From: Candidatus Eiseniibacteriota bacterium
GTDB lineage: Bacteria > Eisenbacteria > RBG-16-71-46
DNA length: 64,000 nt
Assembly: GCA_031364505.1 (NCBI GenBank)
Contig: JANLWK010000242.1
Location: 7,775 to 71,774, forward strand
Direction of reading: 5' to 3'
A program made the position numbers and the translations under genes. This document shows, in pieces, positions 11,001 to 19,733 of the stretch (its first letter is position 1; each line of letters opens with the position of its first letter). Below the pieces are notes generated by a model. That model was not told the DNA's origin. It did no database searches and saw only the letters and a list, made by a program, of their open reading frames with translations.

Positions 11001-11168
11001 CGCGTGCTCTACGATCCGCGGGTGGGGCCCGGCGTCGGGCTCGATTTCGGCACCGGCATCCGCACGTCCGTCCTGTTCCTGCTGCTCAAGCTCGACGTCG
11101 CGTGGCGCACGGATCTCGCCGACGTGAGCCGCCCCACGTGGCACTTCAGTATCGGACCGGAGTTCTAG
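8004..11168 (+). CDS. secreted multidomain protein: gluzincin-like HExxH peptidase domain + TolB-type (PD40) beta-propeller repeats + C-terminal Omp85-type beta-barrel
   Basis: Probable start ATG 8004 (MMQRGWGLAWVLLFLLVPAAAHA signal peptide); the ORF track starts at 7938. HELTHAFMFD ... EGMAEYFS (HExxH + downstream Glu). Repeated WSPDG/WSRDG/SPQGDRVAF propeller blades. C-terminal about 300 aa resemble the Omp85 barrel (RVGGYSTLRGYPNF ... LDFGTGIRT) and end in ...WHFSIGPEF, a beta-signal like the neighbouring Omp85 (...FAIGPAF). Confidence 0.8.
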   Translation: MMQRGWGLAWVLLFLLVPAAAHAQYFGQNKVQYNRYDWKSIESDHFEVYFYAGLDSLAMRVLDLAEKTNVVLSKRMGHSLGRKVPIILYGSHNDFSQTNVTPELIGGGTGGFTEVLRNRVVLPFTGSYEDLRHVVVHELTHAFMFDMLYQGSAAALIARQSFYNVPLWFAEGMAEYFSLGMESNAEIFLRDGTVEGYLPPLPYSGGYIVYKQGQSAVSYLVRRYGEDRLRDVLRRARQMRNFERAFEKSVGLSESKFDEQWRTWLRKQYWPTVATKDSPEQFARRLTDHRKDESVLNTAPAISPQGDRVAFFSDRRQYTDVYILSALDGKLLRRVIRGERNVQFESIPSFRSTMSWSRDGRRLALTAKSGGRDVLYVVNADDGHVQKRIELPCEALYDPAWSPVSDSIVVAGVDQGRSDLWVVDVASGASHRITDDAYDEKSPTWSPDGTQLAFSSDRLAPVVLHPERHQLGFGRYGLFTLDLAGGAVRPLLDTAGDDRSPAWSPDGRLVAFVSDYTGAPNIFVFDRDDSSVTQLTDVLGGVESLSWSRQNDRLVFSAYNRGGYDLFAVREPLSSAGVLTRLRRAHPAAARTLAALHDEARDSTATPPSHAALTMAWNDSLAFEPSNAAEAKPAQRDTLRLDRLEPGPDPGWARGGPQPFPALPDTVRPLATRVPLQETGGPFALPDSVLGQRASPYRPRLGPDYGGGSFYAATGYGFIGSMQFQFADFLGNHSLFVATDVFTNSLQETNALAIYSYLPRRWDYSVGVFHFKDYFDSPVSSLGESFGASRLFSERNYGALASVSYPFDRFHRAEFGLTQTFLERQFFAEDGFGGVFETDRQFRSVTAPSVSLVGDNALVGYYGPVNGQRYNLTFSPALDVFPNALVYETATLDARRYWDLTRGYTFYGRVLSGYSGGKSPQTFRVGGYSTLRGYPNFDILASRLAMLTLEFRFPFIQQLGLVGPLPLGMFNLRGAVFGDVGATWNKDQTLRVSHVVDGSRVLYDPRVGPGVGLDFGTGIRTSVLFLLLKLDVAWRTDLADVSRPTWHFSIGPEF

Positions 11169-11286
11169 GCACCGCCTCGGTGGACGCTCGGGGGGCGATT
11201 GTCTAGATTGCGATGACTCGTTGCGCGTCACGCCTCGGGCGGACGCGCCGCTCGCGTCGTGCCGCCGACCCCCCGCCCGGACTCCC

Positions 11287-13482
11287 ATGATTCCGCTGAA
11301 TCCTGAGCAGCGCCTCGCCGTCGAACATCCCGGCGGCCCCCGGCTGGTGATCGCCGGCGCCGGCAGCGGCAAGACGCGCGTGCTGACCGCGCGCGTGGCC
11401 GGGCTGCTCGAGCGCGGGCTCCCGCCCGAAGCGCTGCTGGCGTTCACGTTCACGAACCGCGCGGCGCGCGAGATGCGCGACCGCATCGAACGCGAAGCGG
11501 GCGCGGTGGGGTCGCGGCTGTGGGTGGGCACGTTTCACGGGACGGCCATGCGGCTCCTGCGACGCGAGGCCCAGGCCGCCGGGATCCCCCGCGACTTCAC
11601 GATCTACGACCGCGAGGACCAGGAGGGCGTGCTGGGCGACGTGCTCAAGGCGCTCGAGTTGCCCGAGCAGCAGTACCGGCGGTCCGCGGTGCTCGGGCGC
11701 ATCTCCGACGCCAAGAACCGCCTGATCTCGCCGGAGGAGATGGCGGCCGGCGCCGTGAGTCCGTTCGAGCGGCGGGTCGCCGACGCCTACGCCGCCTACC
11801 AGGCGGCGCTCACCGCGAGCGGCGCGCTCGACTTCGACGACCTGATCGCCTGCACCGTGCGGTTGCTCGAACGGAACCCCGCCGTCGCCGAGCGCTACCA
11901 GCGCCGGTTCGAGCACGTGCTCGTGGACGAGTACCAGGACACGAACCACGCGCAGTTCCGGCTGGTCGCCGCCCTCGCGGCCGGGCATCGCAACCTGTTC
12001 GTCGTCGGCGACGACGACCAGTCGATCTACGGCTGGCGGGGCGCCAATCTCGCGAACGTGCTCGAGTTCGAGCAGGCGTTCCCCGGTGCCGAGGTGATCC
12101 GCCTCGAGCAGAACTACCGCTCGACGCGCACGATCCTGCACGCCGCGAACGCGGTGATCGCCAATAACCGCTCGCGCAAGGGCAAGACGCTGTGGTCGGA
12201 ACGCGACGAGGGCCGGATGCTCCGCTTCATCCTCGCCACCGACGAGGTCGACGAGGCGCGCCGCGTGTGCGCCGTGCTCGACGCGCGCGTGCGGGCCGGC
12301 GGCCGGCGCAGCGACTGCGCCGTGCTCTACCGCACGAACGCGCAGTCGCGGGCGCTCGAGACCGAGCTGCGCCGGTCGGGCATCGCCTACGAGATCGTCG
12401 GCGGCGTGTCGTTCTACCAGCGGCGCGAGGTCAAGGACGTCGTCGCCTACCTGCGCCTGGTCGTGAACCCGCAGGACGCGGTGTCGTTCTGGCGCGTGTG
12501 GAACACGCCGCGCCGCGGCCTCGGGGCCACGGTCGAGGCGCGGGTCGTCGCGCGAGCCACCGAGACCGGGATGAGCCCGCTCGCGGCACTCGAGTCGCTG
12601 CTGCGCGACGGCGAGCTGACCCGTGCCGCGCAGGCCGGGGCGCGCGACCTGCTCGAGCTCGTCGGCGAGCTGCGCGAGCGCTCGCTCGGGCCCGCCGATG
12701 CCGTGATCCTGCACCTGTTCGAGCGCACCCGTTACCTCGAGTTCCTCGGCGAGTCCGAGGACGCCGCCGATCGCGTCGCCAACGTGCAGGAGCTGGTCAC
12801 CGCCGCGGCGGCGTTCGCGGCCGGCGGGGGCGGGCTCACCGAGTTCCTCGGCGAGACGGCGCTCGTCACCGACGGCGATCGCGTCGACCCTGCCTCGGAC
12901 CGCGTGCTCATGCTCACCGCGCACAACGCGAAGGGCCTCGAGTTCCCCGCCGTGATCATCGCGGGGCTCGAGGAGGGGTTGATGCCGCACGGCAACTCGC
13001 TCGACGATCCGTCGAAGCTGGAAGAGGAGCGCCGGCTCTTCTATGTCGCGTTGACGCGCGCGCGCGACGAGGTGACGCTCACCGCCGCGGCCTACCGCCG
13101 GCGGTTCGACGGCGCGCGCGGCGGCACGGTGTCGCGGTTCGTCGACGAGATCCCGTCGCAGTTCCTGGAGCGCGACGAGAGCGCCATGGGATCGGGGGGC
13201 TCGCGCCGCGGCGCCGGCGGCTGGATTGGATCCACGCGCCGCGTCGTGCCTGCCGACGCCGACGCGGACGCCGGCGAGGACGCGAGCGAGGTGCCGGCGT
13301 GGGGCATCCCGGCCGTGGCGCGCAAGGCGCTCGGCCGCCGTGTCTACCACGAGTCGTTCGGGCGGGGCGTCGTCGTCGCCGCCGAGGGCGCGGGCGACGC
13401 GATCAAGTACACGGTGCGCTTCGGCGTGGGCCTCAAGAAGGTGATGGCCCGCTTCCTGTCGGAGGGCGCCGATGGCGATTGA
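11287..13482 (+). CDS. pcrA: ATP-dependent DNA helicase, UvrD/PcrA (superfamily 1A)
   Basis: Walker A AGAGSGKT, motifs TFHGTAMRLL, DEYQDTN, VGDDDQSIYGWRGA, QNYRST, TAHNAKGLEFP. Start chosen at ATG 11287 (MIPLNPEQRLAV...); the ORF track starts at 11221. Confidence 0.9.
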   Translation: MIPLNPEQRLAVEHPGGPRLVIAGAGSGKTRVLTARVAGLLERGLPPEALLAFTFTNRAAREMRDRIEREAGAVGSRLWVGTFHGTAMRLLRREAQAAGIPRDFTIYDREDQEGVLGDVLKALELPEQQYRRSAVLGRISDAKNRLISPEEMAAGAVSPFERRVADAYAAYQAALTASGALDFDDLIACTVRLLERNPAVAERYQRRFEHVLVDEYQDTNHAQFRLVAALAAGHRNLFVVGDDDQSIYGWRGANLANVLEFEQAFPGAEVIRLEQNYRSTRTILHAANAVIANNRSRKGKTLWSERDEGRMLRFILATDEVDEARRVCAVLDARVRAGGRRSDCAVLYRTNAQSRALETELRRSGIAYEIVGGVSFYQRREVKDVVAYLRLVVNPQDAVSFWRVWNTPRRGLGATVEARVVARATETGMSPLAALESLLRDGELTRAAQAGARDLLELVGELRERSLGPADAVILHLFERTRYLEFLGESEDAADRVANVQELVTAAAAFAAGGGGLTEFLGETALVTDGDRVDPASDRVLMLTAHNAKGLEFPAVIIAGLEEGLMPHGNSLDDPSKLEEERRLFYVALTRARDEVTLTAAAYRRRFDGARGGTVSRFVDEIPSQFLERDESAMGSGGSRRGAGGWIGSTRRVVPADADADAGEDASEVPAWGIPAVARKALGRRVYHESFGRGVVVAAEGAGDAIKYTVRFGVGLKKVMARFLSEGADGD

Positions 13483-13771
13483 GCCCGGCGAGGTGCGCCG
13501 CGTCGCCGAGTTGGCGCGCCTCGAGCTCCGCGACGACGAGGTCGTGGTACTGGCGCGCGAGCTGTCCGCGGTGCTCGACTTCGCGGCGTCGCTGGGCCGG
13601 CTCGATCTCGAGGGCGCCGAGCCCAGCGTGCTGGCGCCCGCGGATGCCCTGCTGCGCGAGGACCGCGTCGACGACCGGCGGCTGACGCCGGAGCAGGCGA
13701 CGGCGGGCGCTCCCGAGGCGGAGGACGGCTTCTTCATCGTGCCGCCGATCATCGAGAACATCCAGCCGTGA
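13472..13771 (+). CDS. gatC: Asp-tRNA(Asn)/Glu-tRNA(Gln) amidotransferase subunit C
   Basis: 99 aa, MAIEPGEVRRVAELARLELRDDEV... matches GatC family. Overlaps pcrA end by 11 nt and is followed by gatA with a GTGA overlap. Confidence 0.85.
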   Translation: MAIEPGEVRRVAELARLELRDDEVVVLARELSAVLDFAASLGRLDLEGAEPSVLAPADALLREDRVDDRRLTPEQATAGAPEAEDGFFIVPPIIENIQP

Positions 13772-15246
13772 GCGCGCCGGCCGAGCTGTGGCGCGAATCC
13801 GCGGCGGCGCTCGCCGCGCGCGTGCGCTCGGGCGAGGTGTCGTCGCTCGATGCCGTGGAATCGGGCTGGGAAGGCCCCGCGGCCCGGTGGGAGGCGGACG
13901 TCCACGCCGTGGCCCATGCCGATCCCGCGGCCCGCGCCGCGGCCGCGGCCCGCGCGCCGCAGGGCCCGCTCGGCGGCGTCCCCGTGCTGCTCAAGGACAA
14001 CCTGTGCACCGTGGACTATCCGACCACGTGCTGTTCGAACATCCTCGCGGGATACCGGCCGCCCTACGACGCGACGGTCGTCACGCGGCTGCGAGCGGCG
14101 GGTGCGGTCGTCACCGGCAAGGGCAACATGGACGAGTTCGCCATGGGCTCGTCCACCGAGTTCAGCTGCTACGGTCCGACCCGCAATCCGTACGAGCTCT
14201 CGCGCGTGCCGGGCGGATCGAGCGGTGGACCCGCGGCGGCCGTCGCCTACGGGTTGTGCCCGGTGGCGCTCGGCTCCGACACCGGCGGTTCGGTGCGGCA
14301 GCCGGCCGCCTTCTGCGGCGTGTTCGGCCTCAAGCCCACCTACGGCCGGTTGTCGCGTTACGGCCTCGTCGCCTTCGGCTCGTCGCTGGACCAGGTCGGC
14401 GTGTTCGCGCGGCACGCCGGAGACGTGGCGCTCGTCTACGGGGTGCTCGCCGGTGAGGATCCGTACGACGCGACGAGCCGGCGCGGGCCGGCCCCCGACG
14501 TGTCCGGCTGGGACGCGGGCGTCGAGGGCCTGCGCTTCGGGTGGCCGGCGAACCTGTGGCGCGAGGGCGTCGACGCCGCGGTGGTCGCCGCCGTCGAGCG
14601 CGCGGCGGAGTGGCTCGAGCGCGCCGGCGCGACCCGCGTGCCGATCGAGTTCATGCCCGGTGAATATTCGGTCGCGACGTATTACCTGGTCGCCACGACG
14701 GAGGCCAGCTCGAACCTGGCCCGCTTCGACGGCGTGCGCTACGGCTACCGTCACACCGACGCGCCGGATCTGAAGGCGCTCTACGTGAACACGCGCAGCG
14801 CGGGCTTCGGGACGGAGGTCAAGCGGCGCATCCTGCTCGGCACGTACGCCCTGTCGGCCGGCTACTACGACGCCTACTATCTGACGGCTCAGCGCGCGCG
14901 CACGCGGATCCGCGACGAGTACGCGCGGGCGTTCGCCCGCTGCGACCTGATGCTGCTCCCGGCCTCGCCGACGCTGCCGTTCCGGCTCGGGGAGAAGGTC
15001 GACGACCCGCTGGCCATGTACCTGAACGACATCTTCACGATCGGCGCCAACCTCGCCGGCATCCCGGGACTCACGTGTCCGGCCGGGCTCAGCGACGCCG
15101 GACTGCCGGTGGGGGTACAGGTGCTCGGTCCCGCCGATGCGGAGCCGGTGCTGCTGCGGGCAGGGCGCGCGATCGAAGCGCGCGGCGACCGGGCGCACAT
15201 CAGCCGCGACCACGCGAGGGAGTTCGAATGGCCTACGAGGCGGTGA
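13768..15246 (+). CDS. gatA: Glu-tRNA(Gln) amidotransferase subunit A (amidase signature enzyme)
   Basis: Amidase signature GGSSGGPAAAVA, LKDNLCT, gatCAB order. GTG start overlapping the gatC stop. Confidence 0.92.
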   Translation: MSAPAELWRESAAALAARVRSGEVSSLDAVESGWEGPAARWEADVHAVAHADPAARAAAAARAPQGPLGGVPVLLKDNLCTVDYPTTCCSNILAGYRPPYDATVVTRLRAAGAVVTGKGNMDEFAMGSSTEFSCYGPTRNPYELSRVPGGSSGGPAAAVAYGLCPVALGSDTGGSVRQPAAFCGVFGLKPTYGRLSRYGLVAFGSSLDQVGVFARHAGDVALVYGVLAGEDPYDATSRRGPAPDVSGWDAGVEGLRFGWPANLWREGVDAAVVAAVERAAEWLERAGATRVPIEFMPGEYSVATYYLVATTEASSNLARFDGVRYGYRHTDAPDLKALYVNTRSAGFGTEVKRRILLGTYALSAGYYDAYYLTAQRARTRIRDEYARAFARCDLMLLPASPTLPFRLGEKVDDPLAMYLNDIFTIGANLAGIPGLTCPAGLSDAGLPVGVQVLGPADAEPVLLRAGRAIEARGDRAHISRDHAREFEWPTRR

Positions 15247-16739
15247 TCGGGCTCGAGTGCCATCTCCAGCTGAACACGCGGAGCAAGATGTTCTGCGGCT
15301 GCCCCGTCACGTTCGGGGCGCCCGCGAATTCGAGCGTGTGCCCGGTGTGCCTCGGGCTCCCGGGGGCGCTGCCGCGCGTGAACGACGCCGCCATCGACGC
15401 GGCGCTGCGGCTCGGGCTGGCGCTCGGCTGCGCCATCCGGACCGAGAGCGTGTTCGCGCGCAAGCACTACTTCTACCCGGACATGCCGAAGAACTACCAG
15501 ATCAGCCAGTACGACCGGCCGCTGTGCGAGGGCGGCGCCGTGCCGGTCGACCTGCCGGCCGGCACGCGTGACTTCGCGCTGACCCGCATTCACGCCGAGG
15601 AGGACACGGGCAAGTCGTTCCATCCCGAGCGCCACGGTGACCGCCGCATCTCGCGCGTCGACTTCAATCGCGCCGGCGTGCCGCTGCTCGAGCTGGTGAC
15701 CGAGCCGGTGCTGCGGACCCCCGAGGAATGCGGCGCGTTCCTGACGACCCTGCGCCGGCTGGCGCGCTGGCTCGGCATCTCCGACGCGGACATGGAGAAG
15801 GGGCAGCTCCGCTGCGACGCGAACGTGAGCATCCGCCCCGAGGGGACGTCGGCACTCGGCACCAAGACCGAGCTCAAGAACCTGAACTCGATCCGCGGCG
15901 TCGAGCGCGGCGTGGCCGCGGAGGTGACGCGCCAGCGGGCGGTGCTCGAGAGCGGGGGCCGGATCGAACAGGCGACGTTGCTCTACGACGCCGATCACGA
16001 CGCGCTCGCCGTGATGCGCTCGAAGGAGCACGCCCACGACTACCGGTACTTCCCGGAGCCCGACCTGCCGGTGCTCACCGTGGCGGCCGAGCGCCTGGAC
16101 CGCGCGCGCGAAGCGCTGCCCGAGCTGCCGTGGGCGCGCGCGCGGCGCATCGCCGCAACGTACGGCGTGCCCGAGTACGACGCCCTGGTGCTCACCGACC
16201 AGCGCGCGCTCGCCGACTACTTCGAGGCGGTCGCCACGCCGGAGAGCGGCCAGCTCGCGAGTCCCGAAGGCGGCCAGCTCGCGAGTCCCGAGGGCGGCAA
16301 GCTCGCCAGCAACTGGATCATGACCGAGGTGTTGCGCGTACTGAGGGAGCGCGACTGGTCGATGGCGGAGTGGGCCGAGCGCGTGCCGGCCGCGCGCCTG
16401 CGCGAGCTGCTCGATCGCGTGGCGTCGCGCGCGTTGCCCGGTCCGCTCGCGAAGCAGGCGTTCGGCTGGATGACCGAGGAGCCGGGGCCGCTCGACCTGC
16501 TGCTCGAACGGCACGGCGTACGGGTCCAGGGATCGGACGACGAGCTGCGTCCGCTGGTGCGGGCCGTGCTGGACGAGCACCCGGGCCCGGTGCGGCAGTT
16601 CCTCGACGGGCGCCAGGCCACGTTCGGCTTTCTCGTCGGACAGGTCATGAAGAGGAGCGGCGGCCAGGCGGTGCCCGACATGGTGCAACGGTTGCTCCGC
16701 GAGGAGCTGGAGCGCGCCGCGGCGGGCGGAGCATCGTGA
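15228..16739 (+). CDS. gatB: Asp-tRNA(Asn)/Glu-tRNA(Gln) amidotransferase subunit B
   Basis: MAYEAVIGLECHLQL..., conserved GatB core and C-terminal YqeY-like tail. Start ATG 15228 (the ORF track starts at 15075 inside gatA). Contains an in-frame 3 x 24-nt tandem repeat (see repeat feature). Confidence 0.92.
   Translation: MAYEAVIGLECHLQLNTRSKMFCGCPVTFGAPANSSVCPVCLGLPGALPRVNDAAIDAALRLGLALGCAIRTESVFARKHYFYPDMPKNYQISQYDRPLCEGGAVPVDLPAGTRDFALTRIHAEEDTGKSFHPERHGDRRISRVDFNRAGVPLLELVTEPVLRTPEECGAFLTTLRRLARWLGISDADMEKGQLRCDANVSIRPEGTSALGTKTELKNLNSIRGVERGVAAEVTRQRAVLESGGRIEQATLLYDADHDALAVMRSKEHAHDYRYFPEPDLPVLTVAAERLDRAREALPELPWARARRIAATYGVPEYDALVLTDQRALADYFEAVATPESGQLASPEGGQLASPEGGKLASNWIMTEVLRVLRERDWSMAEWAERVPAARLRELLDRVASRALPGPLAKQAFGWMTEEPGPLDLLLERHGVRVQGSDDELRPLVRAVLDEHPGPVRQFLDGRQATFGFLVGQVMKRSGGQAVPDMVQRLLREELERAAAGGAS
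16242..16313 (+). repeat. in-frame 24-nt tandem repeat x3 inside gatB (encodes ESGQLASP / EGGQLASP / EGGKLASN)
   Basis: Units gagagcggccagctcgcgagtccc / gaaggcggccagctcgcgagtccc / gagggcggcaagctcgccagcaac read directly from the sequence. The third unit corresponds to the native GKLASNW region of GatB. Confidence 0.7.
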
Positions 16740-18019
16740 CCGCGCGTGTCGTCGTCGTGGGCGGGGGCGGGCGCGAGCATGCGCTCGCGGCGCGGCTCGC
16801 CGAGGATCCCGAACCGCGCGATCTCGTCGTGATCCCCGGCAACGATGGCATCGCCTCGCGATTCCGCTGCGTGGCCGCCGGAGGTGACGGCGTCGAGTCG
16901 CTCGAGCGGGCGTGCGCCGAGGCGGCGCCCGACCTGGTCGTCGTCGGGCCCGAGCAGCCCCTGGCCGACGGGCTCACCGACCGGCTCGCCGCGCGTGGAA
17001 TCGCCGTGTTCGGCCCGAGCCGGGCGGCCGCGCGGATCGAGTCGAGCAAGGGGTTCGCCAAGGAGTTGATGCTCGCGGCCGGAGTGCCGACGGCCGAGGC
17101 GCGCTCGTTCGACATCGCCCGGGACGCGATCGCCGCGCTGGGCGAGTTCGGCCCGCCGTGGGTGATCAAGGCCGATGGGCTCGCCGCGGGGAAGGGCGTG
17201 CTCGTGACCTCCGACACGCAGGCGGCGCGTGAGTATGTCGAGGCGTGCATGTCCGGCGGCCGGCTCGGCGAAGCGGGCCGCCGCGTGCTGCTCGAGCGCC
17301 ACCTCGAGGGCGAAGAGGTGTCGGTGATGGCGGTGTGTGACGGCGTGCGGGCCGTGCTGCTGCCTGCCGCGCGGGACTACAAGCGCGCCGGCGACGGCGA
17401 CGCCGGGCCGAATACCGGCGGCATGGGTGCGGTGGCGCCGAGCGAGACGATCGACGCGGCTGGCGAGGCGTTCGTGCTCGAGCGCGTCGTCCGTCCCGTG
17501 CTCGCCGAGCTGGCGCGGCGCGGCGCGCCGTTCCGCGGCGTGCTCTACGCCGGCCTCATGCGTACGGCCCAGGGACTCCAGGTGATCGAGTTCAACGCGC
17601 GTTTCGGCGATCCCGAGGCGCAGGTGATCCTGCCCCTCGTCGGTGGATCGCTGTACGATCTGCTGGCGTCCGCCGCCGCGGGCCGGCTGGAGCCGGCGCA
17701 CGTGCCGCGCGTTCCGGGTGCCGCCGTCACCGTGGCGCTCGCCGATCGAGGTTATCCGGAGTCGCATTCGGGAGCGGCGCGACTCGAAGGGGCCGAGGTG
17801 GCCGGGCGGATGCCGGGGGTTTCGATGCGGTACGCCGGCGTCCGCCGTGACGGCGACGCCTACCGGTTCACCGGCGGGCGGGGCGCGTACGTGTGTGCGG
17901 CGGGCGTCACGCGCGCCGAGGCGCGCGCGCGCGCCTACGCCGCCATCGGGCGGCTCAGTGGTTCGGGATGGCGCTGCCGCGGTGACATCGGTCACGTGGC
18001 GGCGCACGCGTCGTCGTAG
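16736..18019 (+). CDS. purD: phosphoribosylamine--glycine ligase
   Basis: [22 protein letters not shown]... N-terminus, ATP-grasp core ([14 protein letters not shown]). GTG 16736 overlaps the gatB stop (GTGA). The ORF track shows a much longer in-frame upstream extension that overlaps gatB. Confidence 0.9.
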   Translation: MTARVVVVGGGGREHALAARLAEDPEPRDLVVIPGNDGIASRFRCVAAGGDGVESLERACAEAAPDLVVVGPEQPLADGLTDRLAARGIAVFGPSRAAARIESSKGFAKELMLAAGVPTAEARSFDIARDAIAALGEFGPPWVIKADGLAAGKGVLVTSDTQAAREYVEACMSGGRLGEAGRRVLLERHLEGEEVSVMAVCDGVRAVLLPAARDYKRAGDGDAGPNTGGMGAVAPSETIDAAGEAFVLERVVRPVLAELARRGAPFRGVLYAGLMRTAQGLQVIEFNARFGDPEAQVILPLVGGSLYDLLASAAAGRLEPAHVPRVPGAAVTVALADRGYPESHSGAARLEGAEVAGRMPGVSMRYAGVRRDGDAYRFTGGRGAYVCAAGVTRAEARARAYAAIGRLSGSGWRCRGDIGHVAAHASS

Positions 18020-18037
18020 CAGCAGACAGGAGACCTC

Positions 18038-18526
18038 ATGGCTGTGAAGAAGCGGAGTGCCCGCGTGGGCATCGCGATGGGCAGCGAGAGCGATCGCGCG
18101 ACGATGGAGGAGGCCGCCCGCGTGCTCGAGGAATTCGGCGTCGGGCACGAGCTGGTCGTGCGCTCGGCCCACCGCACGCCCGACGCCGCCGCGCGCTGGG
18201 CGCGCTCGGCGCGCGCGCGGGGCCTGCGCGTGCTGATCGCCGGTGCCGGGGGTGCGGCGCACCTGGCCGGCGCGCTCGCGGCGCATTCGCGACTGCCGGT
18301 GCTCGGTGTGCCGCTGGCGAGTTCGCCGCTCGGCGGGTTCGACGCGCTGCTCGCCACCGTGCAGATGCCGCCCGGAGTGCCTGTCGGCACCCTCGGCGTC
18401 GGCGCCTGGGGCGCGCGCAACGCGGCGCACCTGGCGCTCCGCATCCTGGCGCTCGACGACCCGGGGCTCGCGACGGCGCTCGAAGCGCGCGCCCGCAAGG
18501 CCGCGCGCGTCTCGAGGAGCAGCTGA
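18038..18526 (+). CDS. purE: N5-carboxyaminoimidazole ribonucleotide mutase
   Basis: [10 protein letters not shown]... PurE signature, about 160 aa. AGGAG 9 nt upstream of ATG 18038. Confidence 0.85.
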   Translation: MAVKKRSARVGIAMGSESDRATMEEAARVLEEFGVGHELVVRSAHRTPDAAARWARSARARGLRVLIAGAGGAAHLAGALAAHSRLPVLGVPLASSPLGGFDALLATVQMPPGVPVGTLGVGAWGARNAAHLALRILALDDPGLATALEARARKAARVSRSS

Positions 18527-19173
18527 TGGAACTGGTGAAGGTTGACCCCGTCGCACCCGACATCCAGGTCCTGCTCGCCGCGGCGGAGGCGGTGCTGCGG
18601 GGCGGCGTCATCGCGTTCCCGACCGACACGGTCTACGGGCTCGGCTGCTCGCTGTTCGACGCCAGCGCCGTCGAGATGGTGGCCCGGCTCAAGCGTCGCG
18701 ACCCGTCGCTCGCGGTGATCTCGCTGATCAGCGATCCGCGGCAGGTCCACGGGCTCGCGAGCGAGGTCCCGGCGCTGGCGGAGCGCCTGATCGAGCGTTT
18801 CTGGCCCGGTCCGCTGTCGCTCATCTTCAAGGCGGCGCCGATCGTGCCGCCGCGCGTGCGCGGTGCGGGGGGCACCGTCGCGCTGCGCTGTCCGCGCGAT
18901 CCGCTGTGCGCGACCCTGCTCGACGTGATCGGCGGCCCGGTCGTGTCGAGCAGCGCCAACCTGTCCGGCCAGCCGCCGGCGGAGACCGCCGAGGAAGTCG
19001 TCCGGATCTTCGGCAACCAGCTCGACCTCGTCATCGACGGCGGGCCGCGCCGCGGCGGAGTGCCCTCGACGCTCGTGGACATGAGCGGGCCGAAGCCGCT
19101 GCTGCTCCGCCGGGGTGACATCGACGTGACGCCGGTGATTCCGGACATCGAAGACGTGTCCGCGCGCGGTTGA
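18526..19173 (+). CDS. tsaC: L-threonylcarbamoyladenylate synthase (YrdC/TsaC/Sua5 family)
   Basis: [21 protein letters not shown] motifs, 215 aa. ATG overlaps the purE stop. Confidence 0.85.
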   Translation: MELVKVDPVAPDIQVLLAAAEAVLRGGVIAFPTDTVYGLGCSLFDASAVEMVARLKRRDPSLAVISLISDPRQVHGLASEVPALAERLIERFWPGPLSLIFKAAPIVPPRVRGAGGTVALRCPRDPLCATLLDVIGGPVVSSSANLSGQPPAETAEEVVRIFGNQLDLVIDGGPRRGGVPSTLVDMSGPKPLLLRRGDIDVTPVIPDIEDVSARG

Positions 19174-19206
19174 CGCGGGCGGAACGGCTACCTATCCTCC
19201 CGACCG

Positions 19207-19698
19207 ATGGCGTCATCGCATCCGGCGTACCGCGTGCTCTTCGTGTGCTCGGGGAATACCTGCCGGAGCCCGCTGGCTCAAGCGGCTCTGGCGCAGGCAC
19301 TGGGTCCGGAGGCGTCTCGCGTCTCCGTCGCCTCCGCCGGCACGAACGCCCGCGAAGGCGATCCGGCGAGCGACGAATCGATCGCGGTCGCGGCGCGTGA
19401 CGGCCTGGACCTCGGCGCCCACCGCTCGCGGCGGGTGACGCGGGAGATGCTTGAGGAAGCGGATCTCGTGCTCGTGATGGAGCGGACACACGCCGCGGCC
19501 GTCGAACGCCTCGGGGGCGATCCCCGGCGCGTCTTCGTGCTGAGCGAGTGGCCTGCCCCGGGCGAGCCGGGTCTCGGGGTCTCCGATCCGTTCGGGGCCT
19601 CGGTCGAAGCCTATGAAGAGTGCTGGCGCCGGATCCGGCTGCACATCCGGCGGGTGGCGCCGCAGGTGGTCGAGGCGGCGCGCGCGCGTTCCCTGTGA
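19207..19698 (+). CDS. low-molecular-weight protein phosphatase, YwlE-like (candidate protein-arginine phosphatase)
   Basis: P-loop C-X5-R: VLFVCSGNTCRSPLAQA, plus downstream DP motif. Position between tsaC and rpiB mirrors B. subtilis ywlC-ywlE-ywlF-glyA. Confidence 0.8.
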   Translation: MASSHPAYRVLFVCSGNTCRSPLAQAALAQALGPEASRVSVASAGTNAREGDPASDESIAVAARDGLDLGAHRSRRVTREMLEEADLVLVMERTHAAAVERLGGDPRRVFVLSEWPAPGEPGLGVSDPFGASVEAYEECWRRIRLHIRRVAPQVVEAARARSL

Positions 19699-19733
19699 CC
19701 GGGTCCCTCGAGGACGCCGCACTGAGGTGAGTC

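Noticed and set aside
1706-15213. Very long minus-strand ORFs antisense to bamA, tamB, the Omp85-peptidase gene, pcrA and gatA (e.g. 1706..4045, 3711..6800 of 1029 aa, 8238..11531 of 1097 aa, 11203..15213 of 1336 aa)
   Set aside because: Translations are Arg/Ala/Pro/Gly-rich low-complexity strings with no recognisable motifs. They exactly shadow well-supported + strand genes. This is the typical consequence of GC3-rich coding sequence, which has few stop codons on the opposite strand.
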